The position numbers and the translations under genes are program-made. From contig CM035361.1 in NCBI GenBank assembly GCA_020137815.1, positions 1,674,001 through 1,738,000 of the forward strand: a DNA stretch of 64,000 nucleotides, written 5' to 3'. This stretch comes from Hormiphora californensis. Its lineage: Eukaryota > Animalia > Ctenophora. The notes under the pieces are model-generated. The model saw only the letters and a list, made by a program, of their open reading frames with translations, did not search any database and had not been told where the DNA came from. Positions 1 through 13,043 of the stretch are shown here, piece after piece (position 1 is the stretch's first letter; every line of letters begins with the position of its first letter).

Positions 1-1356
1 CGAAATGTACCTGAGGGCATGTAGACAGAAACATCTGGGCATTAATTTAGCTGGAGACACGGAGACTACAGTTGGCCTGCCTCACTCTATCCAAGAGGGT
101 TACAAGATCCTGAGGAGGCATCTTTATAGGTAAATTGTTGTTAACTCACCCCCGTCCCCCACTGAAAAACATTGTTGTAGCCCCCCCCCCTCCCAGAAGC
201 ACCTATGATATATCCACTCCCCTCCCCCCAGAAACACGGCAGATCTTGCGATGGAGCATCATGAGCAGCAGATGAACACACCGATGAGGAAGCGGAAGGC
301 ACTCTACTATCACCCTGCCGCTGAGGGGGTGTTCAGGAGCATGTTACCCAAAATGGAGGATTATATTATCTCCCTGCTAAAGGTACGTGACGTCATCATT
401 AAGTGACGTCACATGACCATATATGGAATAATGTGGTGAAGAGGCACCCTCCAAAACTAGCAGCTTTTGTCTCGCATCCCTAACTTGGTCAATGTACAAT
501 GTAGAGAGAGATATCTCAGTGTGTGACGTCACATATTATGTAACACATTTTGTACAGATTATTATAATGAGATCTGATCAGGATTAAATAGGGAGGAAAC
601 TAGAAAAATATCTGGCGAGGGCCGGGCTCGAACCGACAACCTCTGCATTACATGTACATTGCTCTAACCTATTGAGCTACCTCGCCTACAATTTATCTAC
701 ATTTCCTCTCTCTATATCACTGATCATGCCCTTAGATAGGGCGTGTTGTGTGAGAAAGGGCGTGTTGTGTGAGAAAAGAGAGAAACGTGAGAATGCAGCG
801 AGTGAAGATACTATCTATCTTGTTCCCACATTTTGTACAGAGATATAAAATAACGTCTTGGGCAAAAAAAATGTTGTAGAGAGTGTGTGACGTCATAGAT
901 CACACACTTGTAGAGAGATATATCTTGTAGATCACACACTTGTAGAGAGAGATATCTTGTAGATCACACACTTGTAGAGAGATATATCTTGTAGATCACA
1001 CACTTGTACAGAGATATATCTTGTAGATCACACACTTGTACAGAGATATAAAATAACGTCTTGGGCAAAAAAATGTTGTAGAGAGTGTGTGACGTCATAG
1101 ATCACACACTTATAGAGAGTGTGTGACGTCACATGTATAGCATGTACTTGAGAGGTGTGGCAGTTATTTTACAAAGGAGTATCTGAGTTAAAATTATAAT
1201 AAAATAAAAGCAGATCTCAGCCTCCCCAGCGTGTTAAATCTGGGTTTGAAATCTTTAATCGTGATAGGAGGAGGAGTCTTGTATGCGTGTGTGTGTTCGT
1301 TTGTTCGTGGTATGTTGTTGTTTTTGGAATGCTTCACACGCAGATAATATGCACAG

Positions 1357-1445
<89 letters not shown>

Positions 1446-4400
1446 CTCTCTCTCTCTTTCTCTCTCACCCGCCCCCCTCTCTCTCTCTCTCCCCTGACCC
1501 CAGCATCCTCTCACTCTCTCCAGGTCTTGCTAGCCTCAGCGTCTATCCCTGGTAACCCTCTCACTAAGGCCCGTGCCAATGGATCTCTCAACATTCTATC
1601 TGATGTTATACCAGAACACAGCCAGGGCTCAGCGGACCCAAAACGAGATTTACAGAGACACAAGGTAACGAATTGTAAACTCAGTTTTATCAAACTGAGG
1701 CCTGAGCTAGTCCTATTTCTTCACTTCAGATCATACATTGTTCCGTGTTAACCAAAACATTGTTCCGTGGTAACCATGGTAACCATTGTAACCAATACAT
1801 TGTTCCATACAGTAACCGTGAATCACCCCTCTCTCAGGAGATCATTACCAAGGCGGTATCTGGATCCCTACTACTGCTGCTAAAACACTTCCGCGTTAAC
1901 CACATCCTACAGTTTGAGTTTGTGTGTCAGTACATGTTCTATGCTAACTGTATTCCACTCGTTCTAAAGTTTCTCAACCAGGTAATCCTTTAGAGTTCAG
2001 GACAGGGGGAGTGGGGACTTTATTATTTAGTTCGAGACAGGGGGCCTTTATATTACTAATCCTTTAGAATTAGGGGCAAGGGGTCTTTATTACTAACTAC
2101 TGATACCTCGCAGGAGGGGGGGGGCTATCTCGCTAGATTATATGACTTCGCAGTTTAATCCACTGATTGTTCCAGGACATGAACGCTTTCGTTACTGCTG
2201 ACAACAATATTCCAATGCAAGAGTTCCCCATCTGCCTGTTCTATGTTCCCGAACCCCAGGTTGGTTCAACCAATGTTCCGTGGTAACCATGGTAACCAAT
2301 ACAATATTCCGTGGTAACCATGGTAATCCATACAATGTTGCGTGGTAGTAACCATGGTAACCAAAACATGGTTCCATGGTAACTGCTGTTTTCCTGGGTT
2401 ATCACTTATCACTATCCACTACTAATCAGTGATGAGTCTATCTATCTATCTAGAAACAAACACCCGTCTAACAAACACCCCTCTCTCAGCCCAGTAGAGT
2501 GATCTCTGAAGATGGAGAAGAGTCAACTGTTGGTCCTGTCTGCTGGAGAAACATGTTCAGTACTATAAACATGCTGAGGTAATTACTGCAATTAATTAGT
2601 TCAGCACAACTAACATGATGTGGTAATTAGGCAATTAATTAATCCATCACAACACGCATGTTGAATTGTGGTTATTATCCAGTTAATTAGTCAACCCCCC
2701 TCTCTCCACAGAATACTACAAAAGTTTACCAAGTGGAGGGCTCCCAGAGTTATAATGCTGAACGTTTTCAAAAGCCCGCCGATACTGAAGAAAACTCTCA
2801 AGGTAGATATGACACCTCTAGACTCATCTTAGATTCATCTTATCTAGACATCATGACATGGTGGCATTTGTTGACATATTTAAAGAATGTCCAATTATCA
2901 TTATTTTACCCCGATCTAACGGGCAAAACCCTTTCTCCCGAGCACCCTGGTAAATCGATAGTACGTACGATACTTCGTAATGATAGAATCCTCAACACTG
3001 CTATTAAGGGTACGCTAACCAAAAATTTTTTTCGAGTGCAGGGAAATCTCTCACCGTAGGGTTGTAGGCCATACCAAGGAGACCTCAAATATGTAATTTT
3101 AGCCCTTAAGTCGAATTCATATTTTTGCTACAGCTGTTTAAAATATGTCCTGTAAATACGTTTTTGGCATCTCAAAAAAAAATTTTAAAAGATAGGAGCA
3201 TGAAAATTTGGGGATTTGAAGAGGACATGAAGGTGAATAACCACAAAAATTTTTTTTGCAATCCGAGCTGATTTCCGCTCCTGAGATGGATTTCTTTTTT
3301 TCCACTTTAACGCCCTTTTTGGAAAAGTTCCGAAAACATGTGAAAGCTGTAAATTGGTGAAAAGTTGCGTCTAACGATTATCTAAGTGGCCATAAATTTT
3401 GGGCGTGTCCTTATTTGAGATAAGCTGTACAGAGTTTTTTTTGTGAAAGCCATCATTTCAGAAATAAATAAATTCCCTGTATCTCAAAAACGACTGATCG
3501 TAGAGACCTGAGACTATGCTTAAACGATTCAGAAGGTCCGATTTTGGGGGGGTCTTCTGAGAGACATTTTGCTCCTACTTCAACCGTTTTTGCTGTAATT
3601 GCGAAAAACAAATTCTATGAAAAGGGCAAAAGCTAAAATCCAATATCCTGTAATTAGGGAATTTTAGCTAAGAAAGGACCGAACCTATGGAAAAATGTGT
3701 AACAAGCTAATTCCTTCACTATTTGGTCCATATGGGTCCCTATAATCACCAAAAACAAAATCACAAAAAATCCACGATGGCGAAGATGGGTTTTTGTTTT
3801 TCGCAATTACAGCAAAAACGGTTGAAGTAGGAGCAAAATGTCTCTCAGAAGACCCCCCCAAAATCAGACCTTCTGAATCGTTTAAGCATAGTCTCAGGTC
3901 TCTACGATCAGTCGTTTTTGAGATACAGGGAATTTATTTATTTCTGAAATGATGGCTTTCACAAAAAAAACTCTGTACAGCTTATCTCAAATAAGGACAC
4001 GCCCAAAATTTATGGCCACTTAGATAATCGTTAGACGCAACTTTTCACCAATTTACAGCTTTCACATGTTTTCGGAACTTTTCCAAAAAGGGCGTTAAAG
4101 TGGAAAAAAAGAAATCCATCTCAGGACCGGAAATCAGCTCGGATTGCAAAAAAAATTTTTGTGGTTATTCACCTTCATGTCCTCTTCAAATCCCCAAATT
4201 TTCATGCTCCTATCTTTTAAAAATTTTTTTTGAGATGCCAAAAACGTATTTACAGGACATATTTTAAACAGCTGTAGCAAAAATATGAATTCGACTTAAG
4301 GGCTAAAATTACATATTTGAGGTCTCCTTGGTATGGCCTACAACCCTACGGTGAGAGATTTCCCTGCACTCGAAAAAATTTTTTGGTTAGCGTACCCTTA

Positions 4401-7158
4401 AAGCTCTATTATTATAGTTCCATACGTTCTCTGCTAGGTATCATCTTTCATTTGTAATGCTGCAGAGGGGTATCTGCTTTCATCCTAACTCTCTATCCAC
4501 CCTCTCACTGTATATCTGCTGTCAGGGCATAGTAATTGTGTGATAGTGTTACACCAGCTCTCCCACTATCTACCCTCCCCTCCTCGATCATGTCATGTCC
4601 CCTCCTGTTACTCCTTGAACATTATCTGCATACCCTGTAGGACTGTTATATTCCGTTACATGTTATCCTGTTATAGGACCATTATTTTCCCTGCTCTTCA
4701 ATATATTGTTACACTTTTAGCCTTTACGCTATGTTGTGATAAGAGTTTCCGTGCTCCAATCTCTGTAACTTACGTCATTTCAGCAATGCCATCACATAAT
4801 TGAGCTTACTTTAATAGGTTTCACTGCTAGTTGTGACGGCCAGTTGTCTCTATCTCTATTCTCTCGCTAGTCGCTAGTTGTGACGGCTTTCTGCACTCTC
4901 AGATTCTATACATACCATGTTTAGTACTCAAGGTTTAGTTTTGTTACTTTTGATTTTTGAGTTGAGTCCATTCCAAATTACAAATCTTGGTCCTCAACAC
5001 AGCCGTTTCGTCTCAAGTTAAAAGTGAAAATCTGGCCAGAAAATACATCTTAAAATACATATGATATGGCTCAATAAACAATAGATGGTGAAATAGTTGG
5101 ATGACGTATAGCTAATAGCGAACTGAGCTTGAGATGTTGGAATTCACTCATATCACACTACAAAATTGCACTTCCTAAATAATCCCATTATTAAAACAGA
5201 GAAGTAGATGACCAGGGTATTTACTAAACTTTAAGATACGAAATATTCAGGAACGTATTATAACCACTTCCGCAGGTGTCACACCCAATGGTGCAGTTAT
5301 ACGTGCTAAAATTGTTCAAGGGACAGGCACGGTACATGGGGAAGAATTGGAGGAAAGCCAATATGCGAATCATGAGTGCAATATACCAACACGTTAGACA
5401 CAGGTTAGTGTTCAGGATAGAAAGAATCCTTGGGAGTTTAGACTTTTACAATTTACTCAATCTTTGATAATTGAATATATTTAGAAAAAACTGTTTTTAG
5501 GTTATTGGATGATTGGGCGTATGGCAGTGATCTTGATACTCGTCAGTGGGAGACACCACATGAGGAACAACAGCTGAAACAAACCATCCAACATTACATG
5601 GGTGTGTCTCACCAAATTGACACCAAAATTTCAAACTCGGAGAATTTCAAAAAAAAATATATCATCTGAAAGCGGGTAAAGGACTGATCATTTCGGTATG
5701 TCGCGTCAGTTTAATTGATTATTAATTAATTAATTATTAATTAATTAGCGACCGTAACATTGGTAACGACCGTAACGTTTCGGTCGTTACAGTGTATTTT
5801 ATTTAAAATTACACATAAAATGGTCGTAACGACCGTAACGTAACGGTCGTTACATATGTAACGACTGTAACGTAACGGTCGTTACATTTGTAACGACTGT
5901 AACGTTACGGTCGTTACATTTGAAACGACCGTAACGTTTTACCACCGTAATGTTACGGTCGTTGCCTAAAATGACCGTATTTTGTAACGACCGTAACGTT
6001 ACGGTCGTTACAAATGTAACGACCGTAACGTTTCGGTCGTTACATTTGTAACGACCGTAACGTTTCGGTCGTTACATTTGTAACGACCGTTACGTTACGG
6101 TTGCTGTTACGGTCGTTACAAATGTTACATCTCCAGATTGTTCAGGCAGCCACGGCCATACTTTTTGGACTAAGGCTTTAGAATTCAGACAGGAGAAAGT
6201 ACTCAGTCACAGCTACCGCTGAGTACCAGTTTCAACTTCGTACGATAACTACAACCGATTCTATGATCGTTCAAAAATGCGTTACGGTCGTTACGGTCGT
6301 TACGTCAACGCCAAAAAAAGGCATTTTTTGGCATATTATGCATCATAATTCAGCTCAGTGATGCATAATTATCATAATATTTAGTAATTCAGTAGTTCAG
6401 ACATTTTCTGACAGTTTGGTACCAAAATTAACAAAATTGGCCAATGTTTAGGTGGTCTACGGACCTGTACAAAATTTCCAAACTCGAGGTGTCAATTTGG
6501 TGAGACACACCCACATGGGTATACTGGGCTATACTCCTTCATAAAACTAACTATGTATTACCCATGCTCCTTCATCAAACTAACCATCGCCTCTGCTCCT
6601 TCATAAAACTAACCATCGCCCCTGCTCCTTCATAAAACTAACCATCGACCCTGGTCCTTCATAAAACTAATCATCGCCCCTACTCCTTCATGAAACTAAC
6701 CATCGTGCCCTACTCCTTGTTAAAACTAACCATCGACCCTGGTCCTTCATAAAACAAACCATTACCCCTGCTCCTTCATAAAACTAACCATCGACCCTGG
6801 CCCTTCATAAAACAAACCATCGCCTCTGCTCCTTCATAAAACTAACCATCGCCCCCTGCTCCTTCATAAAACTAACCACTCTGCTGACCCACCAGGTATG
6901 TGGTATAAAGACCTCTACTCAGAGACGATCCCCTACCCACCGCACCACATTGACGACGAACACATAACAACTGATGTTGATGAGTTCATTGCTAGTGTAC
7001 ATGTTGAAATGCCTCGAGACTTCCACGAAAACTGGGAGGAGTGGGTGCAGAAGGAGGTCATTGACACTCAACATGATTGGGATGCACTACTTAAAAGTTT
7101 TGATAAAGGAGTAGATTTTGGAGAGAATTACAACAGTCATGATAATGAACTACATTAG
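1..7158 (+). CDS. STRIP1: Striatin-interacting protein (STRIP1/2, FAM40/Far11), 3' part; multi-exon, 5' end outside window
   Basis: GT-AG exons ~<1-129, 232-382, 1524-1664, 1838-1981, 2176-2259, 2490-2578, 2712-2802, 5276-5403, 5501-5601, 6896-7158. They splice to motifs VGLPHSIQE, RHKEIITKAVSGSLLLLLKHFRVNHILQFE, FYANCIPLVLKFLNQ, CWRNMFSTINMLRILQKFTKW, QLYVLKLFKGQARYMGKNWRKANMRIMSAIYQHVRHRLLDDWAYG, collinear with the human STRIP1 C-terminus as I recall it. Confidence 0.95.
613..686 (-). tRNA. tRNA-like gene, anticodon TGT (Thr), probably a pseudogene or SINE head
   Basis: Reverse complement GGCGAGG TA GCTC AATAGGTTA GAGC A ATGTA CATGTAA TGCAG AGGTT GTCGG TTCGAGC CCGGC CCTCGCC A folds as a cloverleaf with A/B boxes and is followed by a TTTTT Pol III terminator. 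Position 33 is A rather than U and the anticodon stem has a mismatch. Confidence 0.7.
840..1135. repeat. Intronic minisatellite (~31 bp, agatatatcttgtagatcacacacttgtag)
   Basis: Several near-identical tandem units are visible directly. Confidence 0.85.
3008..4397. mobile_element. Non-autonomous foldback DNA transposon with ~600-bp TIRs and TTAA TSD (Kolobok-like)
   Basis: TTAA|GGGTACGCTAACC...GGTTAGCGTACCC|TTAA. Arms ~3008-3612 and ~3793-4397 are nearly identical inverted copies around a ~180-bp spacer. Purine termini with TTAA fit Kolobok better than piggyBac (CCC termini). Confidence 0.85.
5600..6512. mobile_element. MITE with perfect 25-bp TIRs, 4-bp TSD (ACAT) and internal palindromic minisatellite; inserted at a STRIP1 exon end
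   Basis: ACAT|GGGTGTGTCTCACCAAATTGACACC...GGTGTCAATTTGGTGAGACACACCC|ACAT. Interior has repeated GTAACGACCGTAACGTTACGGTCGTTAC units. Confidence 0.9.
6530..6880. repeat. Intronic minisatellite (~30 bp, ctccttcataaaactaaccatcgcccctg)
   Basis: About 12 tandem units. Confidence 0.9.
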
Positions 7159-8035
7159 CCGTAGTATTATGCACTATGCTGCAGGGACATCACACACACA
7201 CATCACCCACACACATGATATTGATCAAGCCTGAACTTGACATATTAATTGAATTACAACAGTTAGCCGGAATTATATATAATATGTGTTTTGTGACAAA
7301 ATAAATCGTAGCTCAAAAGTATATAAAACTCCTAAATTCGGAAGGTTCAAACACAGAACCTCACATTTCTCTCTCACTAAGAGACGTTCCAGAATTATGT
7401 ACGCCATACTATGTGTATGTTCAAATTTGTGAATTCACCAACAACGGAATAACCCAATTAAAAGTTGTAGCGGATTAGACTGTCCATTTCTCTTTGCCGC
7501 TCTCTGTGTGACGTGTGTGCCCTGTAAAATTTGTGGAATTTTGATTGCGATCTGGGATTGTGTTTAATATATTATTAAAGCCATGATATATCATGTATTA
7601 AATAGTTTGAGATCATTTTTAACAAGCAGCTATACCCTGGAGTTTTGTTATTCCCCCTGCAAGTACCACCCCGCCCCCCCCCCCCACTGTTCAGTATCCA
7701 CCTTTACTATAACCTGGAGTGTTGTTATTCCCTCTGCAAGTGTCACCTCTCCCCAATAACTATCTCTACCCCGGTCCCCGGTATTATTATTGCAACTGCA
7801 AAGAACTCTCCCACTACCCCGATGATAATGAACTCTATTCCCCCACTAACATACCTCGATATATCTAGCCATGTTATAACATGACCTCAACTCTATGTGC
7901 AATCTGTCTCATAGTGCCCCCACTAACATCCCTCCATATATCTAGCCATAACATGACCTCATAACATGATGTGCCATCTGCCTCATAGTGCCCCCCACTA
8001 ACATACCTCCATGTAATATCTAGCCATGTTATAAC

Positions 8036-8368
8036 ATGACGTCAACTCTATGTGCCATCTGCAGAGAGGGGTTCCTGCCAAAACAGACGGTCGTTAATGC
8101 CAATGGAGTCCAGTGGCACCCTCAGTGCTTCGTCTGTGTTCAGGTAAATACAAATAATTTATGATAATAATTCATAATGTTCAGATATTATTATATTACA
8201 TATTATATATACTATGCAAAATATATTATGTAATATCATTTTTATACTCTTCATTTTTGTCTCGTAAACTTTTTTCTGATGTGTGTGACAGTAGCAGGGC
8301 GCCTCATTAATCATCGGATAGCTATTAGAAGAACTTTCTCTCTCGGTGTCTCAGTCTCTCTCTCTCTA

Positions 8369-8408
<40 letters not shown>

Positions 8409-8418
8409 CTCTCTCCTC

Positions 8419-8467
<49 letters not shown>

Positions 8468-8480
8468 TCTCTCTCTCTCT

Positions 8481-8567
<87 letters not shown>

Positions 8568-9465
8568 ATCTCTCTCTCCCTCTCTCTCTCCGATCCAGTG
8601 CCAAGAACACTTGTGTGGTTCACTAGAAATACACGCAGACAATCATTATCCATTGTGGTGATCCATGTTGTATAATCCCATGGGGCTATAATAATAATAA
8701 TTGCTGCATATTTATATTGGTGCAGTCGGACCCCGATTTACTGGGATGCTTCAGGGGGAAGAGGGTTTTGCCCGGTAAATCGGGGTCCGAAACTAAAAAG
8801 GTGACACTTCCTCGCAGTTGAACAACTTAAACTGCTGCAGCTCTATTTTTAGATACCACCCTCTCCTCGCCCCCCAAAACGAATAAATCTGCCCCTGTTT
8901 AATCACTAGACAAAGTACCCTGCCCCCGCTATTTCTACCATTTTTCTACCTTTTTATAACAGGTTACATAATCCCCCCCTTTTACTAACCCCACCTATAA
9001 TATCAATATTATTTTTTCAGTGTCTGCAGCCATTTCCAGAGGGCCTATTTTTCGAGCACGAAGGACGGAAGTACTGCCAGACAGATTATGAATCTCTTTT
9101 TGCACCTATCTGCCATGAATGTGGTCAATATATTATAGGTAAATGGGGGATGTGGTCAATATATTATAGGTAAATGGGGGATGTGGTCAATACATTATAG
9201 GTAAATGGGGGATGGGGTTAATACATTATAGGTAAATGGGGGATGGGGTTATAAAGGACTTTTGAGAGCGGGAAAAAGTGAAAATGGTCAGAGAGTTATA
9301 CTTTAGTACTACCTACATCAAGTTTCTATAATTCTGTTTTGGTGTAATGAGTAATTGACGGGTTGTAGTACACAATAGGAAAGATTTTCCGGTTGGTCCT
9401 TCATAACACGCCCCTCGGTGAGATCCATATTACAACATGAGTGTGTGAAGTGTGAAGTGTGTGTG

Positions 9466-9522
<57 letters not shown>

Positions 9523-9867
9523 GTGTGTGTGTGTGTGTGAAGTGTGTGTGTGAAGTGTGTGTGTGAAGGGTTTGGAAACTATGATACCTGGGTTTATCAG
9601 AGTATTATCAATCTACTGTTCTTAATTGAATATTATTATGTACTGAAAAATTGTTGCTGTATTGTTAGACTATTTTAAATCTAACAGCAGACTTGTTATT
9701 CAACTAATTAATACCCCCTAATTAACTAGTTTCTAATTAATACCCCCTCCTCTTCAGGAAGGATATTTGCCCACAAGAATGCTAAATGGCATCCAAAGTG
9801 TTTCACATGTTACATGTGCAGTAAAGAACTAAGTGGAGGATTTGTAGTACATCAGGTTAGTTAGATG

Positions 9868-9962
<95 letters not shown>

Positions 9963-10050
9963 ACTTCTGCTCTCTCTCTCTCTCTCTCTCCTAAACTCTC
10001 ACTCTCATCTTCTCTCTCTTCCCGTCTCTCTCTCTCTCTCTATCTCATCT

Positions 10051-10082
<32 letters not shown>

Positions 10083-11033
10083 TCTCTCAGACACAATATA
10101 GGTGGGTATGTGAGGTATATAATATTTATTATTTATGGAGAATATTTTGGCCTTTTCTACGGAAGCCCCCACTTTGAACTCCAATTTCCTATTTATATAG
10201 CTGGGGTGATCAAGGTCCTATTGTGTAATAATAACACCAATCGTACCTCAATACTTTCAATTTCACTCTCTTTCTCTCCCACTCAGTAAATAATATCCCT
10301 CCTAATCCCCTCTCCTTATTCCTCTCCTCCTCCTCCTTACCCCTCTCCTCCTCCCCTCCTAACTCCTCTCATAACCCCTCCTCCCCCTCCTAACTCCCCT
10401 CCTAACTCCTCCCATTCCCTTCCTAACCCCTCTCCTCCTCCCCCTCTCCTAACCCCTCCTCCCTTCCTAACCCCCGCCTCCAACCCCTCTCCCCCTGCCT
10501 AACCCTCCCCCACCCCTTCCTAACCCCCCCTTAACCCTTCCTCCTAACCCCTCCTCCACCCCCTCTAACCCCTCCTCCCCTTAAAAACCCCCCTCCTCCC
10601 CCCTAACCCCTCTTCTCCTCCCCTTCTTCCCCCCTAACCCTCCTGCTCCAACCCCCCCTACCCCCCTCCCCTTTTAAGACCCTTCCTTCCCAACCTCAAG
10701 CTCCAATCCTGTTCCATAAAACCCCTTTCGTCTGCTCTTAAAAAAATTTTAAATCCCCCCCTTTTTCCCCTTTTTTTCCCCCCCCAAAAAATTTTTTTCC
10801 CCCCAAATTTTTTTTTTTTTTTTTTAAAAAAAATTTTTTTTCCCCCCTTTAAAATTTTCCCCCTATTTTTTTTTCCCCTTTTTTTTCCCCCCCCCAAAAC
10901 CCCCTCCCCCTCCCCCCCTTTTTTTTTTCCCCCCCTTTTTTTTTTCCCTTTTTTTCCCCTTCCCCCCTCCCCTTTCCCCCCTTTCCCCCTCCCCCTTTTC
11001 CCCCCCTTTTTTTTCCCCCCTTTTTTTTTTTAA

Positions 11034-11069
<36 letters not shown>

Positions 11070-11074
11070 CCCCC

Positions 11075-11108
<34 letters not shown>

Positions 11109-11182
11109 CCCCGGCCCAAAAAAAACCCCCCCCCCCCCCCCCCCCAAAAAAAACCCCCCCCCCCCCCCCCCCAAACCCCCCC

Positions 11183-11250
<68 letters not shown>

Positions 11251-12947
11251 CCCACCCCCCCCCCCCCCCCCCCCCCCCCCCCTTTTTCCCCCCCCCCCCC
11301 CAAAAAAAAGGGCCCCCCCCGGGGGCCCCCGGGGGCCCCGAAGCCCCCCCGGCCCCCCCCAAAAAAAAAAAACCCCCCCTTTCCCCCCGGGGCCCCCCAA
11401 AAAAAAAAATTCCCCTTTTTTCCCCAAACCCCCCCCCCCGGTTAACCCCCCCCCTTTTTGGGAAAAAAATTTTTTTTTAAAAAAACCCCCCCAAAAAAAA
11501 CCCCCAAAAAACCCCCCCCCGGAAAAAAAAAATTTTCCCCAAAAAAAACCCCCCAAAAAAACCCCAATTAATCCCCCAAACCCCCAAAAAAACCCCCCCC
11601 CCAAACTTTTTTTTAAAATTTAAACCCCCCCCCCCCCCAAAAAAAAAAACCCCCCCCAAAAAAAACCCCAAAAACCCCAATTTCCCCGGGGGGCCCCCCC
11701 CCAAAAAACGAAAAAGGGCCCCTTTCCCCCCAAAAACCCCCCCCCAAAACCCCAAAACCCCAAACTTTTTTTAAAACCCCCCAAAAAAAACCCCCCTTTA
11801 AAAAAAACCCCCAAAAAAACCCCCCCCCCCCAAAAAAGGGGCCCCCCCTTTTTCCCAAATTTTTTTTTTTAAAAAAACCCCCCGGCCCCCCCCCAAAAAC
11901 CCCCTTTTTTTTTTTTTAAAAAAGGGGTTTTTTTTCCCCCCCTTTTCAAAAAAAAACCCCCCCCCGGGGGTTTTTGGGGGAAAAACCCCCCCCCCCCCCG
12001 TTTTTCCTTTTTTTTCTTTTTAAACCCCCCCCTTTTTTTTTTTTCCCCCTTCTTTTCCCCCTTTTTTTTTCCCCCCCCCTTTTTTTCCCCTTTTTTTTTT
12101 CTTTTTTTTTTTTTTTCCCCTTTTTTAAAAAAAAATTTTTTTTTGTTTCTTTTTATTTTCCCTTTTCACCCCCCCCAATTTCCCCGGGTTTTTTCCCCCC
12201 TTTTTTTTTCCCCCTTTCTTTTTTTTTAAAATTTTTAAAGGGGGTTTTTTCTTTAATTTTTTCCCTTTTTTTAAAAATTTGGAAAAATTTTTTTTTTAAA
12301 AGGGGTTTTTTTTTTAAATTTTTTTAAAAAATTTTTTTTAAAAGGGGGTTTTTTTTGTTTTAGACTCCCAACTAATCCCCAACTAATCCCCAACATAACC
12401 CCAACTAATCCCCAACTAACCCCCACCAACCCCAACTAAGATCCACTAACCTCTCAACTAACCCAACCTAACTCCAACCTAACTAATCCCCAACTAACCC
12501 AACCTAACCCCAACACAACCCCAACCTAACTCCAACAGGGCGAGCCATACCATCCACACCATTTTGATTGTTTTGACTGTCACCGACCCCTGACTCACCA
12601 CGCCAAGGAGCTACACGCCCATCTCTTCTGTGCTCAGTGTTACGACACCAAGGAAATAAGGTACGTCAGGGCCCTAACTAGAGAAGACTCACTAGATCAG
12701 GGCCCTAACATCATGGAACTAGAGGGCCCTCATCTAACGTTATCTGAACTTAATTATCTTATTCAACAGTCAACATAGTTCATGGTTTCACTTTTTTCAT
12801 TCTTATTCTCTCTTTTTTTATACAGCTCTTTTTAATACAAGCTCTTTTTTATATGTCTAGTCGTTTCTAAACGTTCGCTTCCTTTCTCTTTGCATCATAA
12901 GTTGCAGGTGGATCTCTCTCTTTCTCTCTTTCTCTCCCTCTCTCTAG

Positions 12948-13043
<96 letters not shown>

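Noticed and set aside
1194-1555. SL/RE-repeat ORFs (also at 8279-8675, 9865, 12890, 25302-25872, 32928-33213)
   Set aside because: Translations of (CT)n/(GA)n microsatellites.
10300-10660. CCTAACCC telomere-like motifs
   Set aside because: Irregular and embedded in a C/T-rich intronic minisatellite that grades into poor-quality sequence; not a (TTAGGG)n array.
10658-12327. Gly/Phe/Lys/Pro-rich ORFs and apparent G-quadruplex tracts
   Set aside because: Products of homopolymer-corrupted low-quality sequence, not biological.
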